From: Thermoplasmata archaeon
Lineage (GTDB): Archaea; Thermoplasmatota; Thermoplasmata; Lutacidiplasmatales; UBA184
Direction: 5' to 3'
Assembly (NCBI GenBank): GCA_022750375.1
Contig: JAKIVU010000005.1
Span: forward strand, 4,288-68,287
Length of the DNA stretch: 64,000 nucleotides
Shown here: positions 28,547 to 37,407 of the stretch, one piece after another
Layout of the letters: every line of letters starts with the position of its first letter
How positions within the stretch are numbered: position 1 is the stretch's first letter
Notes under the pieces: model-generated
Databases searched by the model: none
What the model was told of the DNA's origin: nothing
Seen by the model: only the letters and a program-made list of their open reading frames with translations
Made by a program: the position numbers and the translations under genes

Positions 28547-28552
28547 TAAATA
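28547..28552 (+). promoter_or_regulatory. TATA box for rpoK
   Basis: GTAAATAC: the TAAATA core lies 27-32 nt upstream of the ATG at 28579. Confidence 0.45.
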
Positions 28553-28578
28553 CGGTGCCTTGAGTGGGCGACCCCTTG

Positions 28579-28836
28579 ATGGCCGCATCGACTCCCGCGG
28601 CCTCGGGGAGTGTTATCGTGCCCGAGCATCCGGTGCCGGCCCCCCTCGAGTCCAGCGATTTCACTCGGTTCGAACGGGCGCGCATCCTCGGGGCGCGCGC
28701 ACTCCAGCTGTCGTTGGGGGCTCCGATCCTTATCGACGTCCTCGCCACGCTGGTCGACCCGGTCGAGATCGCCGAGGCGGAGTTCGCGGCCGGGCGCATC
28801 CCGATCACGGTCCGCCGAGGCCCGCGCTCCAGTTAG
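28579..28836 (+). CDS. rpoK: DNA-directed RNA polymerase subunit K (Rpo6/omega-like)
   Basis: [21 protein letters not shown] is the conserved Rpo6 core. The ATG at 28579 is preferred over the GTG at 28564 used by the track. Confidence 0.85.
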   Translation: MAASTPAASGSVIVPEHPVPAPLESSDFTRFERARILGARALQLSLGAPILIDVLATLVDPVEIAEAEFAAGRIPITVRRGPRSS

Positions 28837-29627
28837 ACTCCGGCGTCGTCCAGCGCGTGAGCGCATCGACAGGTCGGCGGCCGCACCAGTCGCGGCATCA
28901 GTTCCGTCAATATCCGTCGCATGCGCTCGGCGTTTCGGTGCATCACCTCGACGATCTCCTTCGCCTCCACCGGTCGGTCCGCCCAGACGTCGTAGTCCGT
29001 GACCATGGCGAGGCAGGCGTAGCAGATCGCGCGTTCGCGCGCGAGCGTGACCTCGGGGACGAGCGTCATTCCGATCACGTCCGCGAACGTCCGGAAGAAC
29101 GCCGACTCGGCCCGCGTGCTGAACCGGGGCCCTTCCACGCAGACGTACGTCTTCCCCTCCGCGAACGGCGCGCCGATATCCCGGCCGACGCCCGCCGCGG
29201 TGGCGGTAAGGTCCGGACAGAACGGGTCGGCGAGCGAGACGTGATAGACGCGGCCCCCGTCGAAGAACGTCGTCGGTCGCTGTCGGGTGAGGTCGACGAA
29301 CTGCTGCGGGAGCACGAAGGTCCCCGGCGCCAACTCCTCCTTGAGCGACCCGACCGAGCTCACGGTCACGATCGCATCCGCACCGAGCGACCGGAGCGCG
29401 TCCACGTTCGCACGGTAGTTGATCCGATGCGGAGGGATGGAGTGGCCCGGCCCGTGTCGAGCGAGGAACAGTACCCGCACGCCGCGGACGTCCCCTTCTT
29501 CCACGAGGCCGGACGGAGCGCCCCACGGAGTCGACACCCGGTGGGATTTGACCGCGCCCTCTCCGAAGATGCTCGAGATCCCGGAACCGCCGATCACGCC
29601 GATCGCGCGCCGCGCCGGGGCGCTCAC
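28833..29627 (-). CDS. mtnP: S-methyl-5'-thioadenosine phosphorylase
   Basis: 264 aa. [25 protein letters not shown] and VGMTLVPE blocks of the MTAP/PNP family. Confidence 0.85.
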   Translation of the reverse strand: MSAPARRAIGVIGGSGISSIFGEGAVKSHRVSTPWGAPSGLVEEGDVRGVRVLFLARHGPGHSIPPHRINYRANVDALRSLGADAIVTVSSVGSLKEELAPGTFVLPQQFVDLTRQRPTTFFDGGRVYHVSLADPFCPDLTATAAGVGRDIGAPFAEGKTYVCVEGPRFSTRAESAFFRTFADVIGMTLVPEVTLARERAICYACLAMVTDYDVWADRPVEAKEIVEVMHRNAERMRRILTELMPRLVRPPTCRCAHALDDAGV

Positions 29628-30289
29628 GACGGCTCCGATGGCGGAGCGGAGCGGTCCGGGCGCGCCCGAGCGAGGAACCGGGCCATGACGACTTCCCCGC
29701 GCGTCCGCTCGAGGAGGGTCCGCGCGGTGTCCTGTTTCGGTTTCAATTGAACGATCGCCCGGGTGGTGTCGAACCGGAGGAGGGATCGGGTGAGCCGCTC
29801 CATCAGGGCCAGGTCGGCCTCGGCGCCGGGGAGGTCGTCCCTGCCCAGGCGGTCGAGCACTCGCCGCCGAACCTCCCCCACGACGTCGCCGAGGCCGAGC
29901 AGATACGGTTCCGGGTCGACCCCGAGGTCCGACGGGCCGGGGAGCGGTTGCCCCTCTCCGATCGCACCGAGCAGGATCGCCTCGACCGCCTCCTGGAACG
30001 CGTCGAGCGCGAGGGGCTCGTCGCCGCGGCCCTCCCGGTGCAACCAGTCGGTGAGTTCCGCGGTGAGGCGGCGGACCTCGGCGAGCTCGGGGGCCGCCGA
30101 ACCGTTCGCGTGGAGGTGCGTCATGGTCGCCTGGGCGAGGCGACGCAGTCGTCGCGCCCGCTGGTAGAGGTCTTCCCGTCGTAGCTCGCGCTGACGCAAG
30201 TGGGCCTCGATTGTGGCGAGCACCGGGTCGGGAACCCCGGGCGAAATGGGAGGTGCCGCGCTACCGGAAGAGGGTGAACCGTTGGTCAT
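29624..30289 (-). CDS. translin-family protein
   Basis: 221 aa. All-helical, with YLLGLGDVVGEVRRRVLD matching the conserved translin helix. GTGA overlap with mtnP. Confidence 0.6.
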   Translation of the reverse strand: MTNGSPSSGSAAPPISPGVPDPVLATIEAHLRQRELRREDLYQRARRLRRLAQATMTHLHANGSAAPELAEVRRLTAELTDWLHREGRGDEPLALDAFQEAVEAILLGAIGEGQPLPGPSDLGVDPEPYLLGLGDVVGEVRRRVLDRLGRDDLPGAEADLALMERLTRSLLRFDTTRAIVQLKPKQDTARTLLERTRGEVVMARFLARARPDRSAPPSEPS

Positions 30290-30545
30290 CTTCGCCTCCG
30301 TCCAGTATCCCCAGCCGAACCCCGGCGTCGAGCCATCCGTGCGCGTAGCTCGCCGCCGCGAGCGCCCGCTCGGTGTCGCCGGACGCCGAGAAGTGTTCCG
30401 CGTCGGAGAGGTAGGCGCGGGCCATGGCGAGGAAGTCGTCCGACGCTCCGCGCAGGAACGACCGTTCGGGCGGCGTCGCGGCGACTCGCTCGAGCGCCTC
30501 GTGGGTGAGGCGGAGGTACTTCTCCAGAAGCGTCGGCTCGGTCAC
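30261..30545 (-). CDS. DUF357 domain protein
   Basis: 94 aa. ARAYLSDAEHF...ALAAASYAHGWLDAGVRLG is the DUF357 pattern. Confidence 0.65.
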   Translation of the reverse strand: MTEPTLLEKYLRLTHEALERVAATPPERSFLRGASDDFLAMARAYLSDAEHFSASGDTERALAAASYAHGWLDAGVRLGILDGGEDDQRFTLFR

Positions 30546-30600
30546 GTTCGAGGAGGGTAGCCGAGCGCGTGTAATAATCCGTCGGACCCGAAACGCCCGT

Positions 30601-31248
30601 TCAACCCTTCGGCACTTTCTCCCAGTCCTTCAGGAACCGGGCGAGTCCGATGTCGGTGAGCGGGTGCTGGACGAGTTTCTCCATCACGGCGTACGGCATC
30701 GTGGCGATGTCCGCCCCGATCTTCGCCGCATCGAGCACGTGGACCGGGTGCCGCACGCTGGCGACGAGCACCTGGGTGCGAACCTTGTAGTTCCGGTAGA
30801 TCTGGACGATGTCGCGAATCAGCTCCATCCCGTCCTGCCCCTGGTCGTCCAGGCGCCCGATGAACGGACTGACGTAGGCCGCTCCGACCTTCGCGGCGAG
30901 GAGCGCCTGATTCGCGCTGAACACGAGCGTCATGTTCACGCGCGTCCCCTCCTGGGCGAGCGTCTTCGTCGCTTTGAGTCCGGTGGCGGTCATCGGGATC
31001 TTGACGTAGATTGACGGGTGGATCTCGCGCAGGCGGCGCCCCTCGCGCAACATCCCCTCGGTGTCGGTCGCCACGACCTCGGCGGAGACGCTCGGAACCC
31101 CGAGCGCGCAGACCTCGCGCAGCACGTCCTCGAACTTCCGGCCCTCCTTCGCGACGAGGCTGGGGTTGGTCGTCACCCCGTCCAGGATGCCGGTCTCCCA
31201 CATCGTTCGGATCTCGGTGACGCTCGCCGTGTCCAGGAACAGTTGCAT
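30601..31248 (-). CDS. tal: transaldolase (type 3B) / fructose-6-phosphate aldolase family
   Basis: 215 aa. [21 protein letters not shown] and a Schiff-base lysine context (YVKIPMT). Confidence 0.9.
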   Translation of the reverse strand: MQLFLDTASVTEIRTMWETGILDGVTTNPSLVAKEGRKFEDVLREVCALGVPSVSAEVVATDTEGMLREGRRLREIHPSIYVKIPMTATGLKATKTLAQEGTRVNMTLVFSANQALLAAKVGAAYVSPFIGRLDDQGQDGMELIRDIVQIYRNYKVRTQVLVASVRHPVHVLDAAKIGADIATMPYAVMEKLVQHPLTDIGLARFLKDWEKVPKG

Positions 31249-31273
31249 CGATCTTCCCCCGCGCGTTGCTCGT

Positions 31274-32227
31274 TCAGGTCACCTTGCCCCGGCTCTTGAG
31301 TAGTTCCCACGCTTCGTCCCGGATACGCTCGGTCGACATCCCGAGGTGGTCGCGCAGGGACGCCGACTCTCCGGACTCGCCGAATACATCCGGGACGCCG
31401 ACGCGACGAACGGGCACGGGATAGTTCTCCGCCGTCGTCGCCGCGACCAGCGCCCCAACGCCGGTCAGGACCGAATGCTCCTCCAGCACGAGGATCGCCC
31501 CGGTGTCGCGTGCCGCGCGAAGCAACGCGGGCTCGTCGAACGGTTTGACGGAGGCGAAGTCCAGCACGCGGGCCGAGAGGCCGACGTGAGCCAGCTCCTC
31601 GGCGACTTCGAGCGCGGGGCCGACCAGTGCGCCCAGCGCGATGATCGTCAGATCGCTCCCGGACCGAAGTTCGGGGGCGCTCCCGACCGCGAACGTGCCC
31701 TCGGTCACCGTGGGGAGAAGATCACCGTTCAACCGGAGGTACGCCGGTCCGGTCCGCTCGGCGAGCGCGAACGTCGCGGCGGCCGCGCTGGGAGCGTCCG
31801 CCGGTACGACCACGGTCATCCCGGGCAACCCTCGCATCAACCCGAGGTCCTCGAGCATCTGAGTCGGGCCTCCGTCTCCGCCCGCGGCATGCCCTCCGTG
31901 CGTCGCGCCGATCTTCACCTTCGCGCGATTGGCGCAGATCGACTGGCGCACGAAGTTGTACGCTTCGCCCGCGGCAAAGACCGCCGCCGTGTTCGCGAAC
32001 ACGGTCCGTCCGTCGAGCGCGAGACCGGCGGCGATCGACATCATCGATTGGTCCATCACGCCGAGGTCGAAAATTCGGCCGGGAAATCGTTGACCGAACG
32101 CGCGGGTCCCGTTCTCGGTCGCCGTGTCCGCGTCGAGAACGACCAGACGCGGGTCGCGTTCGCCGAGCTCGACGAGCGCCTTCCCGTACGCCTCCGTGAG
32201 GCTCGCCCGCGGGGACGTCTGCGTCAC
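31274..32227 (-). CDS. transketolase, C-terminal (pyrimidine-binding) subunit
   Basis: Conserved from [22 protein letters not shown]. The GTG at 32227 overlaps the stop of the N-terminal subunit gene (GTGA). The 129-aa extension in the track is Arg-rich shadow. Confidence 0.85.
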   Translation of the reverse strand: MTQTSPRASLTEAYGKALVELGERDPRLVVLDADTATENGTRAFGQRFPGRIFDLGVMDQSMMSIAAGLALDGRTVFANTAAVFAAGEAYNFVRQSICANRAKVKIGATHGGHAAGGDGGPTQMLEDLGLMRGLPGMTVVVPADAPSAAAATFALAERTGPAYLRLNGDLLPTVTEGTFAVGSAPELRSGSDLTIIALGALVGPALEVAEELAHVGLSARVLDFASVKPFDEPALLRAARDTGAILVLEEHSVLTGVGALVAATTAENYPVPVRRVGVPDVFGESGESASLRDHLGMSTERIRDEAWELLKSRGKVT

Positions 32228-33078
32228 CGCGCCGCCTCGCTCGGAGAGAGGCCCAGTTCGAGAAGGGCTCGTTCCGCCTCGTCCTTCGTCGGCGCCCGAG
32301 CGTGCCAGACGTGCGTGTTCTCCATGAACGAGACGCCCTTGCCCTTGACCGTCCGTGCAACGACCACGGAAGGCCGGTCCGTCGCCGCTCGCGCGTGCGC
32401 GAACGCGCCGAGGATCTCGCGGAAGTCGTGTCCATCGATCTCTTCGGTTCGATACCCGAAGGCGCGCAGCTTCTCGACGAGCGGCTCGATGCCGAGGACC
32501 GACTCGATGGGACCGTCGCTCTCGAATCCGTTCCGGTCGATCACCACGACCAGGTTGCCGAGCCGGTGGTGCGCTCCCGCCATCAGGGACTCCCACGTCC
32601 CACCGGCTTGACACTCTCCGTCGCCGAGGACGGCGTAGACGCGCGTCGCCCTTCGGTCGAGGCGCGCGTCGAGCGCCATCCCGACCGCCATCCCTAGCCC
32701 CTGGCCGAGCGCGCCCGTGCTTGCGTCGACCATCGGCAGCCGGATCCGGTCCGGCATCCCCTGCAAACGACTGCCGAACTGGCGGAACGTGGTCAGCTCG
32801 TCACGCGGGAAGAATCCCCGGAGCGCGAGGGCCGAGTAGAGCGCCGCGGCCGCGTGTCCCTTCGAGAGCACGAGCCGGTCCCGGTCGGCCCACGCGGGGC
32901 GTTGGGGATCGACCCTCAACTCTCGGAACAGTAATGCCGTCAAGAGGTCGGCGACCGACAGGCTTCCCCCCAGGTACCCCCCGCGCGAGGCGAGGTTCAT
33001 CCGGACGACATCGCGACGGACCTCTCGGGCCGTCGCCTGGAGGGACTCGACGAGCTCGGCCGGGACCTCGTCCCCCAT
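32224..33078 (-). CDS. transketolase, N-terminal (TPP-binding) subunit
   Basis: 284 aa. GGSLSVADLL, SKGHAAAALYS and the GDGECQAG thiamine-diphosphate motif. Confidence 0.9.
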   Translation of the reverse strand: MGDEVPAELVESLQATAREVRRDVVRMNLASRGGYLGGSLSVADLLTALLFRELRVDPQRPAWADRDRLVLSKGHAAAALYSALALRGFFPRDELTTFRQFGSRLQGMPDRIRLPMVDASTGALGQGLGMAVGMALDARLDRRATRVYAVLGDGECQAGGTWESLMAGAHHRLGNLVVVIDRNGFESDGPIESVLGIEPLVEKLRAFGYRTEEIDGHDFREILGAFAHARAATDRPSVVVARTVKGKGVSFMENTHVWHARAPTKDEAERALLELGLSPSEAAR

Positions 33079-33103
33079 CGGCGGCGGCGCGAGGTGGGCG
33101 AGG

Positions 33104-34027
33104 CTATTTGATGGTTGAGGACGGGCGACGCGTTCGCCGTCGCACCGGGGGTCCGGGGGCGGCCGGCGGGGTCACCGGAACGAGGGACCGCAGCGTCGCG
33201 AGGTCCCCCGCGTAACGGCCGTACCCCTCGTCGTCGTCGTCGAGCGGCGTCTCCAGGTACCCCGGTATGTCCCTCCACTGTGGGTCGCCGAGCAGGTGGC
33301 GGAATCCTTCGAGTCCGATCTGTCCCTTGCCGATGTTCTCATGCCGGTCCAAGTGGGAGCCGAGCTCGGCCTTGGCGTCGTTGAGATGGAACGCTCGCAC
33401 GGCGGTGACCCCGATCGTGTCGCGTACCTGGTCGACGAGCCGTCCGTACCCGGCCTCGGTGCGGAAGTCCCAGCCGGCCGCGAACAAGTGGCAGGTGTCG
33501 AGCGTGACCCCCAGACGGTCCGGCGCGCCCACCGCCGCGAGCACGGTGGCGAGCTCCTCGAGCTTCGAGCAGAGCGTCGTCCCCTGTCCCGCCGCGTTCT
33601 CGAGGAGGAATCGGACGTGGCAGTTCGGCGTCTCGTCCACGACCGCGCGCAGGCTTTCCGCGACCGTCTTCAACCCCGCCTCGACCCCGGAATCGAGATG
33701 CGCCCCCGGGTGGAAGATGAGGCCGTCGACCCCGAGCAGCTCGGCGCGGGCGACCTCGTCCCGGAACGCGGCGCGAGAGCGCGCGAGCGTTTCGGGTTTC
33801 GGGCTGCCGAGGTTCGCGAGGTACCCGTGATGCACGGCCGTCGCGCGAACTCCCCGTTCTCGCACCGCGGTTCGAAAGCTCTCCGCCGCGGCCGGGGCGA
33901 TCGGGGGCCCGTTCCACATCTGCGGACTCTTCGAGAATATCTGGAGCGCGTCGCCCCCGATACCCCGGAGGTCGAGTACGGCCTCGGGGAGTCCCTTCGC
34001 GATGCCGAGATGCGCGCCGAGGATCAT
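33104..34027 (-). CDS. nfo: endonuclease IV (AP endonuclease 2 family)
   Basis: 307 aa. FSKSPQMW, HHGYLANL, FHPGAH, LENAAGQG and HLND metal-site blocks. Has an acidic/Pro-rich C-terminal tail. Confidence 0.85.
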   Translation of the reverse strand: MILGAHLGIAKGLPEAVLDLRGIGGDALQIFSKSPQMWNGPPIAPAAAESFRTAVRERGVRATAVHHGYLANLGSPKPETLARSRAAFRDEVARAELLGVDGLIFHPGAHLDSGVEAGLKTVAESLRAVVDETPNCHVRFLLENAAGQGTTLCSKLEELATVLAAVGAPDRLGVTLDTCHLFAAGWDFRTEAGYGRLVDQVRDTIGVTAVRAFHLNDAKAELGSHLDRHENIGKGQIGLEGFRHLLGDPQWRDIPGYLETPLDDDDEGYGRYAGDLATLRSLVPVTPPAAPGPPVRRRTRRPSSTIK

Positions 34028-34179
34028 CTCCCGCCCGACCGGTTCGGCGGGAATAACTTATCGGGGGACCGGGGCGCCATCCCGCGGGCTCTCGACCCGC
34101 TGCGGCTCGGGCCGCGAGAATCAAGGACGCGGCGCCGGACCTCGAGATTTCGTTCCCGTCGTCCGAGGGGAAGTCGGGA

Positions 34180-34302
34180 GGCTGACAGCTTTCCGCGTCT
34201 CCCGTAGGCTCGCGCACTTCAGTACTGCGCGGAACGCCAGCGGGCTTAACTGCCGGGTTCGGAATGGGACCGGGTGTTTCCCCGCCGCTTTGGCCGTCAG
34301 CC
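34180..34302 (-). rRNA. 5S ribosomal RNA (not linked to 16S/23S in this window)
   Basis: The minus strand reads GGCUGACGGCCAAAGCGGCGGGGAAACACCCGGUCCCAUUCCGAACCCGGCAGUUAAGCCCGCUGGCGUUCCGCGCAGUACUGAAGUGCGCGAGCCUACGGGAGACGCGGAAAGCUGUCAGCC. Helix I closes (GGCUGACGG/CUGUCAGCC). The CCGAAC, GUACU and GCGAGCC blocks match archaeal 5S. Confidence 0.9.
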
Positions 34303-34324
34303 AATCGCGGCGACAGGCGAGAGC

Positions 34325-34331
34325 TATTTAA
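34325..34331 (-). promoter_or_regulatory. TATA box for 5S rRNA
   Basis: Minus-strand TTAAATA lies 23-29 nt upstream of the 5S 5' end. Confidence 0.55.
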
Positions 34332-34432
34332 CTTGATTTGGGTCGCGGGGGTCGCTTCGTGCACCCCGAGCAGGCTCCAAATGAACCTCCCGAACCGAGC
34401 GTCCCCTCACCGCCGGGGCTAGGTGCGAGAGG

Positions 34433-36862
34433 TTGGATTTGGGAGAGCCCCCGGTGATACCGGAATACCGACTCCGTCTCGAAGTCGATTTCGCGCGTCG
34501 GAAGTGGGTCGGGACCGTCACCTTCGATCCGCCGGCCGATACCCCATCGCTCTCGCTCGACTCGGACGGTCTCACGATCGCCGCGGTCCGCGTCGGGACC
34601 CGACCGATCGCATTCCGTGTCGATCCGGCGAAAAGGAAACTCGTCCTTCCCGACCTCCCACCGGGGACCGTGTCGATCGACTTCTCCGGTACGGTCGCGG
34701 AGACCGTCCTCATCGGCCTCTATCGTTCCCGGCAGGGGGACGGGTACGTCCTCACGAGCCAATGCGAGCCGAACGGCGCGTCGAGGATCTTCCCGTGCCT
34801 CGACCGACCCGACCGGAAAAGCCAACTGGCCCTCACGGTCGTGACGGAGTCCGCGCTCCAGGTCGTCACGAACACGATCGAGGAGTCGGCCGCGGAGACC
34901 GGGGGTCGACGCGAGTGGCGGTTCCCTTCGACGCCGAAGATGTCGTCGTACCTGTTCTTTCTCGCGATCGGGCGCTTCGACTGCATCGAGGACTCGACCG
35001 ACCGCCCGAAGTTTCGGGTGTTCACGCCGCCCGGACAGGGGCCGTCGGGTCGGTTCGCTCTTGAATCCGCTCGCCGGATCCTCCGCGCCTACGAGCAGTA
35101 CTACGGCATCCCGTATCCACTCCCCAAGCTCGACTTGATCGCGGTCGCCGAGGCGTCGTTCGGCGCCATGGAAAATTGGGGGGCGATCGCGTTCCGGGAG
35201 AACCGGCTGCTCGTGGACGAACGCTCCTCGTCGTTCACGCGCCGGGAGGTTTTCGAGACGATCGCGCACGAGGTCGCGCACATGTGGTTCGGCAACCTCG
35301 TCACGCTCACCGATTGGACCGACATCTGGCTCAACGAGAGCCTCGCCTCGTTCCTGGAGACGAAGATCTCGCACCTCGTCGACCCGTCGCTCGACAGTCA
35401 ATCCGACTTCTTCCTTCGAACGGCCGGGACCGGCGCGGCGCTCGAAGGCGACTCACTGGACGCGACGCATCCGGTGCGGGCGCGCGTGACGAGCCCCGAA
35501 GAGGTCAGCCAGATCTTCGACGAGATCAGCTACGGAAAAGGCTCGACCCTCGTCGGGATGATCGAAGCGTACCTCGGCGAGGAACCGTTCCGCCGGGGGG
35601 TTGCGGATTACCTCGGCCGGTTCCAGTACTCCAACGCCACGACCGCCGATCTGTGGGAGTCGTTGAGCCGAGCGACCGGGGAGCCGGTCGGACCGCTCGT
35701 TGACCCGTGGCTCGACCGACCGGGAGTTCCTTCGATCTCAGTCCGGTCGACCGACGGCGGCATCGAGCTCTCCCAGCGCCGCTTCTCCTACCACGGGGCC
35801 ACTCCGTCGGACCCTTGGCCGATCCCCATGGTGATTGACGTCGACGGGATTCGCGAGCGAATCCGGTTCGACACACCGACCCGCACCCTCCCCGTGCCCG
35901 TGGGCGCGACCGTTCATCTGAATCCCGGGGCGGTCGGATTCTATCGGGTTCTCTACGACCCCGCACTCCGGAACCGCCTCCTGCGCGCTCTCCCCGGCCG
36001 GCCCGCTGCCGACCGATGGTCGTTCCTCGCGGACCTGTGGGCGTACCTCCTATCGGGAGAGGTCGACTGGCCGACGTTCGCAACCGCCGTTCGCACTCTC
36101 GGGGGTACGCCGGACCGTCTGGTCGCCGAGTTCCTGAGCCGTACGCTCGGACCGCTCGCGATCTTCTTTCCGGACTCCGGGCCGGTGCAAGACCTCACCC
36201 GCTGGTTCTTCAGCGACCAGTTCGCGCGGCTGGGCACGGCCCGCCGTCCGGGGGACACGACCTCGGACGGAGTGCTCCGGGAACGGATCTCGTTCGGCTG
36301 GGTCCGGGTCGACTCGGCGTTCGCCCGTCAGTTGTCGGAACTTTTCGTGTCGTGGGACCGGGTCGAGCCCGACCTCCGTCCGGCCGTCGCGGTGGCGCGC
36401 GCCCGGACCGCCGGAGCCGTCGGCTACCGCGAGCTCCGTCGGGCCCTGGAACGCCGCCAGCCGGAGGGCGAGCAGGAGCTGCTCGAGAACGCGCTCGCCT
36501 GGAGCAACGACCCCGCCCTCGTCCTCGAGACCCTCGACCGTGCCTGTTCGGGCCGGGTCAATCGCGCGACGGTCCCCGAGGTCATCCGCAACGTCGCTGC
36601 GAATCCAGTAGGACGGCCGGTGCTGTGGCCGTGGTTCACCAGCAATCTCCCTCGCCTGGACGACCTGTTCCGCAGCGCCGGACTGTTATCGACCACCCTC
36701 GAGATCACGCTCCCCGTCCTCGGGATCGGGCGCGGGGAGGAAGTGCGTGCCTACTTCCGGGACCACGCGTACCCCGAAGCGGACCGGGGGATCGGAAAGG
36801 GGCTCGAGCGTCTCGCGATCCTCGAACGGACGGCGCCGATCTTCGCGGCGCTCCGCAACTAA
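34433..36862 (+). CDS. M1-family aminopeptidase (tricorn-interacting factor F2/F3-like)
   Basis: 809 aa. GAMENWG, zinc site HEVAHMWFGNLVT...WLNESLASF, and a C-terminal ERAP1-like helical domain. TTG start; an alternative GTG lies at 34454. Confidence 0.9.
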   Translation: MDLGEPPVIPEYRLRLEVDFARRKWVGTVTFDPPADTPSLSLDSDGLTIAAVRVGTRPIAFRVDPAKRKLVLPDLPPGTVSIDFSGTVAETVLIGLYRSRQGDGYVLTSQCEPNGASRIFPCLDRPDRKSQLALTVVTESALQVVTNTIEESAAETGGRREWRFPSTPKMSSYLFFLAIGRFDCIEDSTDRPKFRVFTPPGQGPSGRFALESARRILRAYEQYYGIPYPLPKLDLIAVAEASFGAMENWGAIAFRENRLLVDERSSSFTRREVFETIAHEVAHMWFGNLVTLTDWTDIWLNESLASFLETKISHLVDPSLDSQSDFFLRTAGTGAALEGDSLDATHPVRARVTSPEEVSQIFDEISYGKGSTLVGMIEAYLGEEPFRRGVADYLGRFQYSNATTADLWESLSRATGEPVGPLVDPWLDRPGVPSISVRSTDGGIELSQRRFSYHGATPSDPWPIPMVIDVDGIRERIRFDTPTRTLPVPVGATVHLNPGAVGFYRVLYDPALRNRLLRALPGRPAADRWSFLADLWAYLLSGEVDWPTFATAVRTLGGTPDRLVAEFLSRTLGPLAIFFPDSGPVQDLTRWFFSDQFARLGTARRPGDTTSDGVLRERISFGWVRVDSAFARQLSELFVSWDRVEPDLRPAVAVARARTAGAVGYRELRRALERRQPEGEQELLENALAWSNDPALVLETLDRACSGRVNRATVPEVIRNVAANPVGRPVLWPWFTSNLPRLDDLFRSAGLLSTTLEITLPVLGIGRGEEVRAYFRDHAYPEADRGIGKGLERLAILERTAPIFAALRN

Positions 36863-37347
36863 CCGCGGCGCCGCACCGACGGCGCCGGTGACGCGTCCTC
36901 TTGCGACCAGATGTACCACGTCCCCCGGGCCTGGCTGAAGCGTCGCCCGTCGGCCCCGTAGAGATTCCCTTCGGCGAAGGCGATGTGGCGACCGCGGCGC
37001 AGGACGTCCCCCCGCGCGGTCAGCGTTTCGCCCTCGCGGGCGGCGCGGAGGAACTCGACGTAGAGCGAGGTCGTCGCGGTGGTTTCGGTCTCGCCGAGCA
37101 TCGAGACGACCGCAGCGCCCATCGCCGTGTCGAGGATCGTCGCGTAGACCCCGCCGTGCACGACCCCGTTGATGTTCAGATGACGCTCCTCGACCTTGCC
37201 CGTGACCGTGACGAAGCCGTGTCCGCTGTGACGCGCGTCGATCCGGAATCCGACCTCGGTATGGAACCCACCGCGTCGCGCCGCGGCGAGCAGGTCGGGG
37301 AGGGGTCGGGTGGGGCGGGGATCGGGTCTCGCGCTCCGACGCGGCAC
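36859..37347 (-). CDS. PaaI/hotdog-fold thioesterase (start uncertain)
   Basis: The conserved part is HTEVGFRIDAR...NINGVVHGGVYATILDTAMG...GRHIAFAEGNLY. An in-frame GTG at 37347 is proposed. The remainder of the 487-aa track ORF is antisense to the MVD-family gene. Confidence 0.65.
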   Translation of the reverse strand: MPRRSARPDPRPTRPLPDLLAAARRGGFHTEVGFRIDARHSGHGFVTVTGKVEERHLNINGVVHGGVYATILDTAMGAAVVSMLGETETTATTSLYVEFLRAAREGETLTARGDVLRRGRHIAFAEGNLYGADGRRFSQARGTWYIWSQEDASPAPSVRRRG

Positions 37348-37407
37348 GGCGAACGCGAGCCGGTCGGCGTGGATAAGTAGTCGCCGCGACCGTGGCGCAC
37401 CGCTCCG

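Noticed and set aside
33296-34713. ORFs crossing 34180-34302 (for example 34002-34331 plus strand, 33339-34364 minus strand)
   Set aside because: The region encodes a well-folded 5S rRNA, so protein-coding calls here are artefacts.
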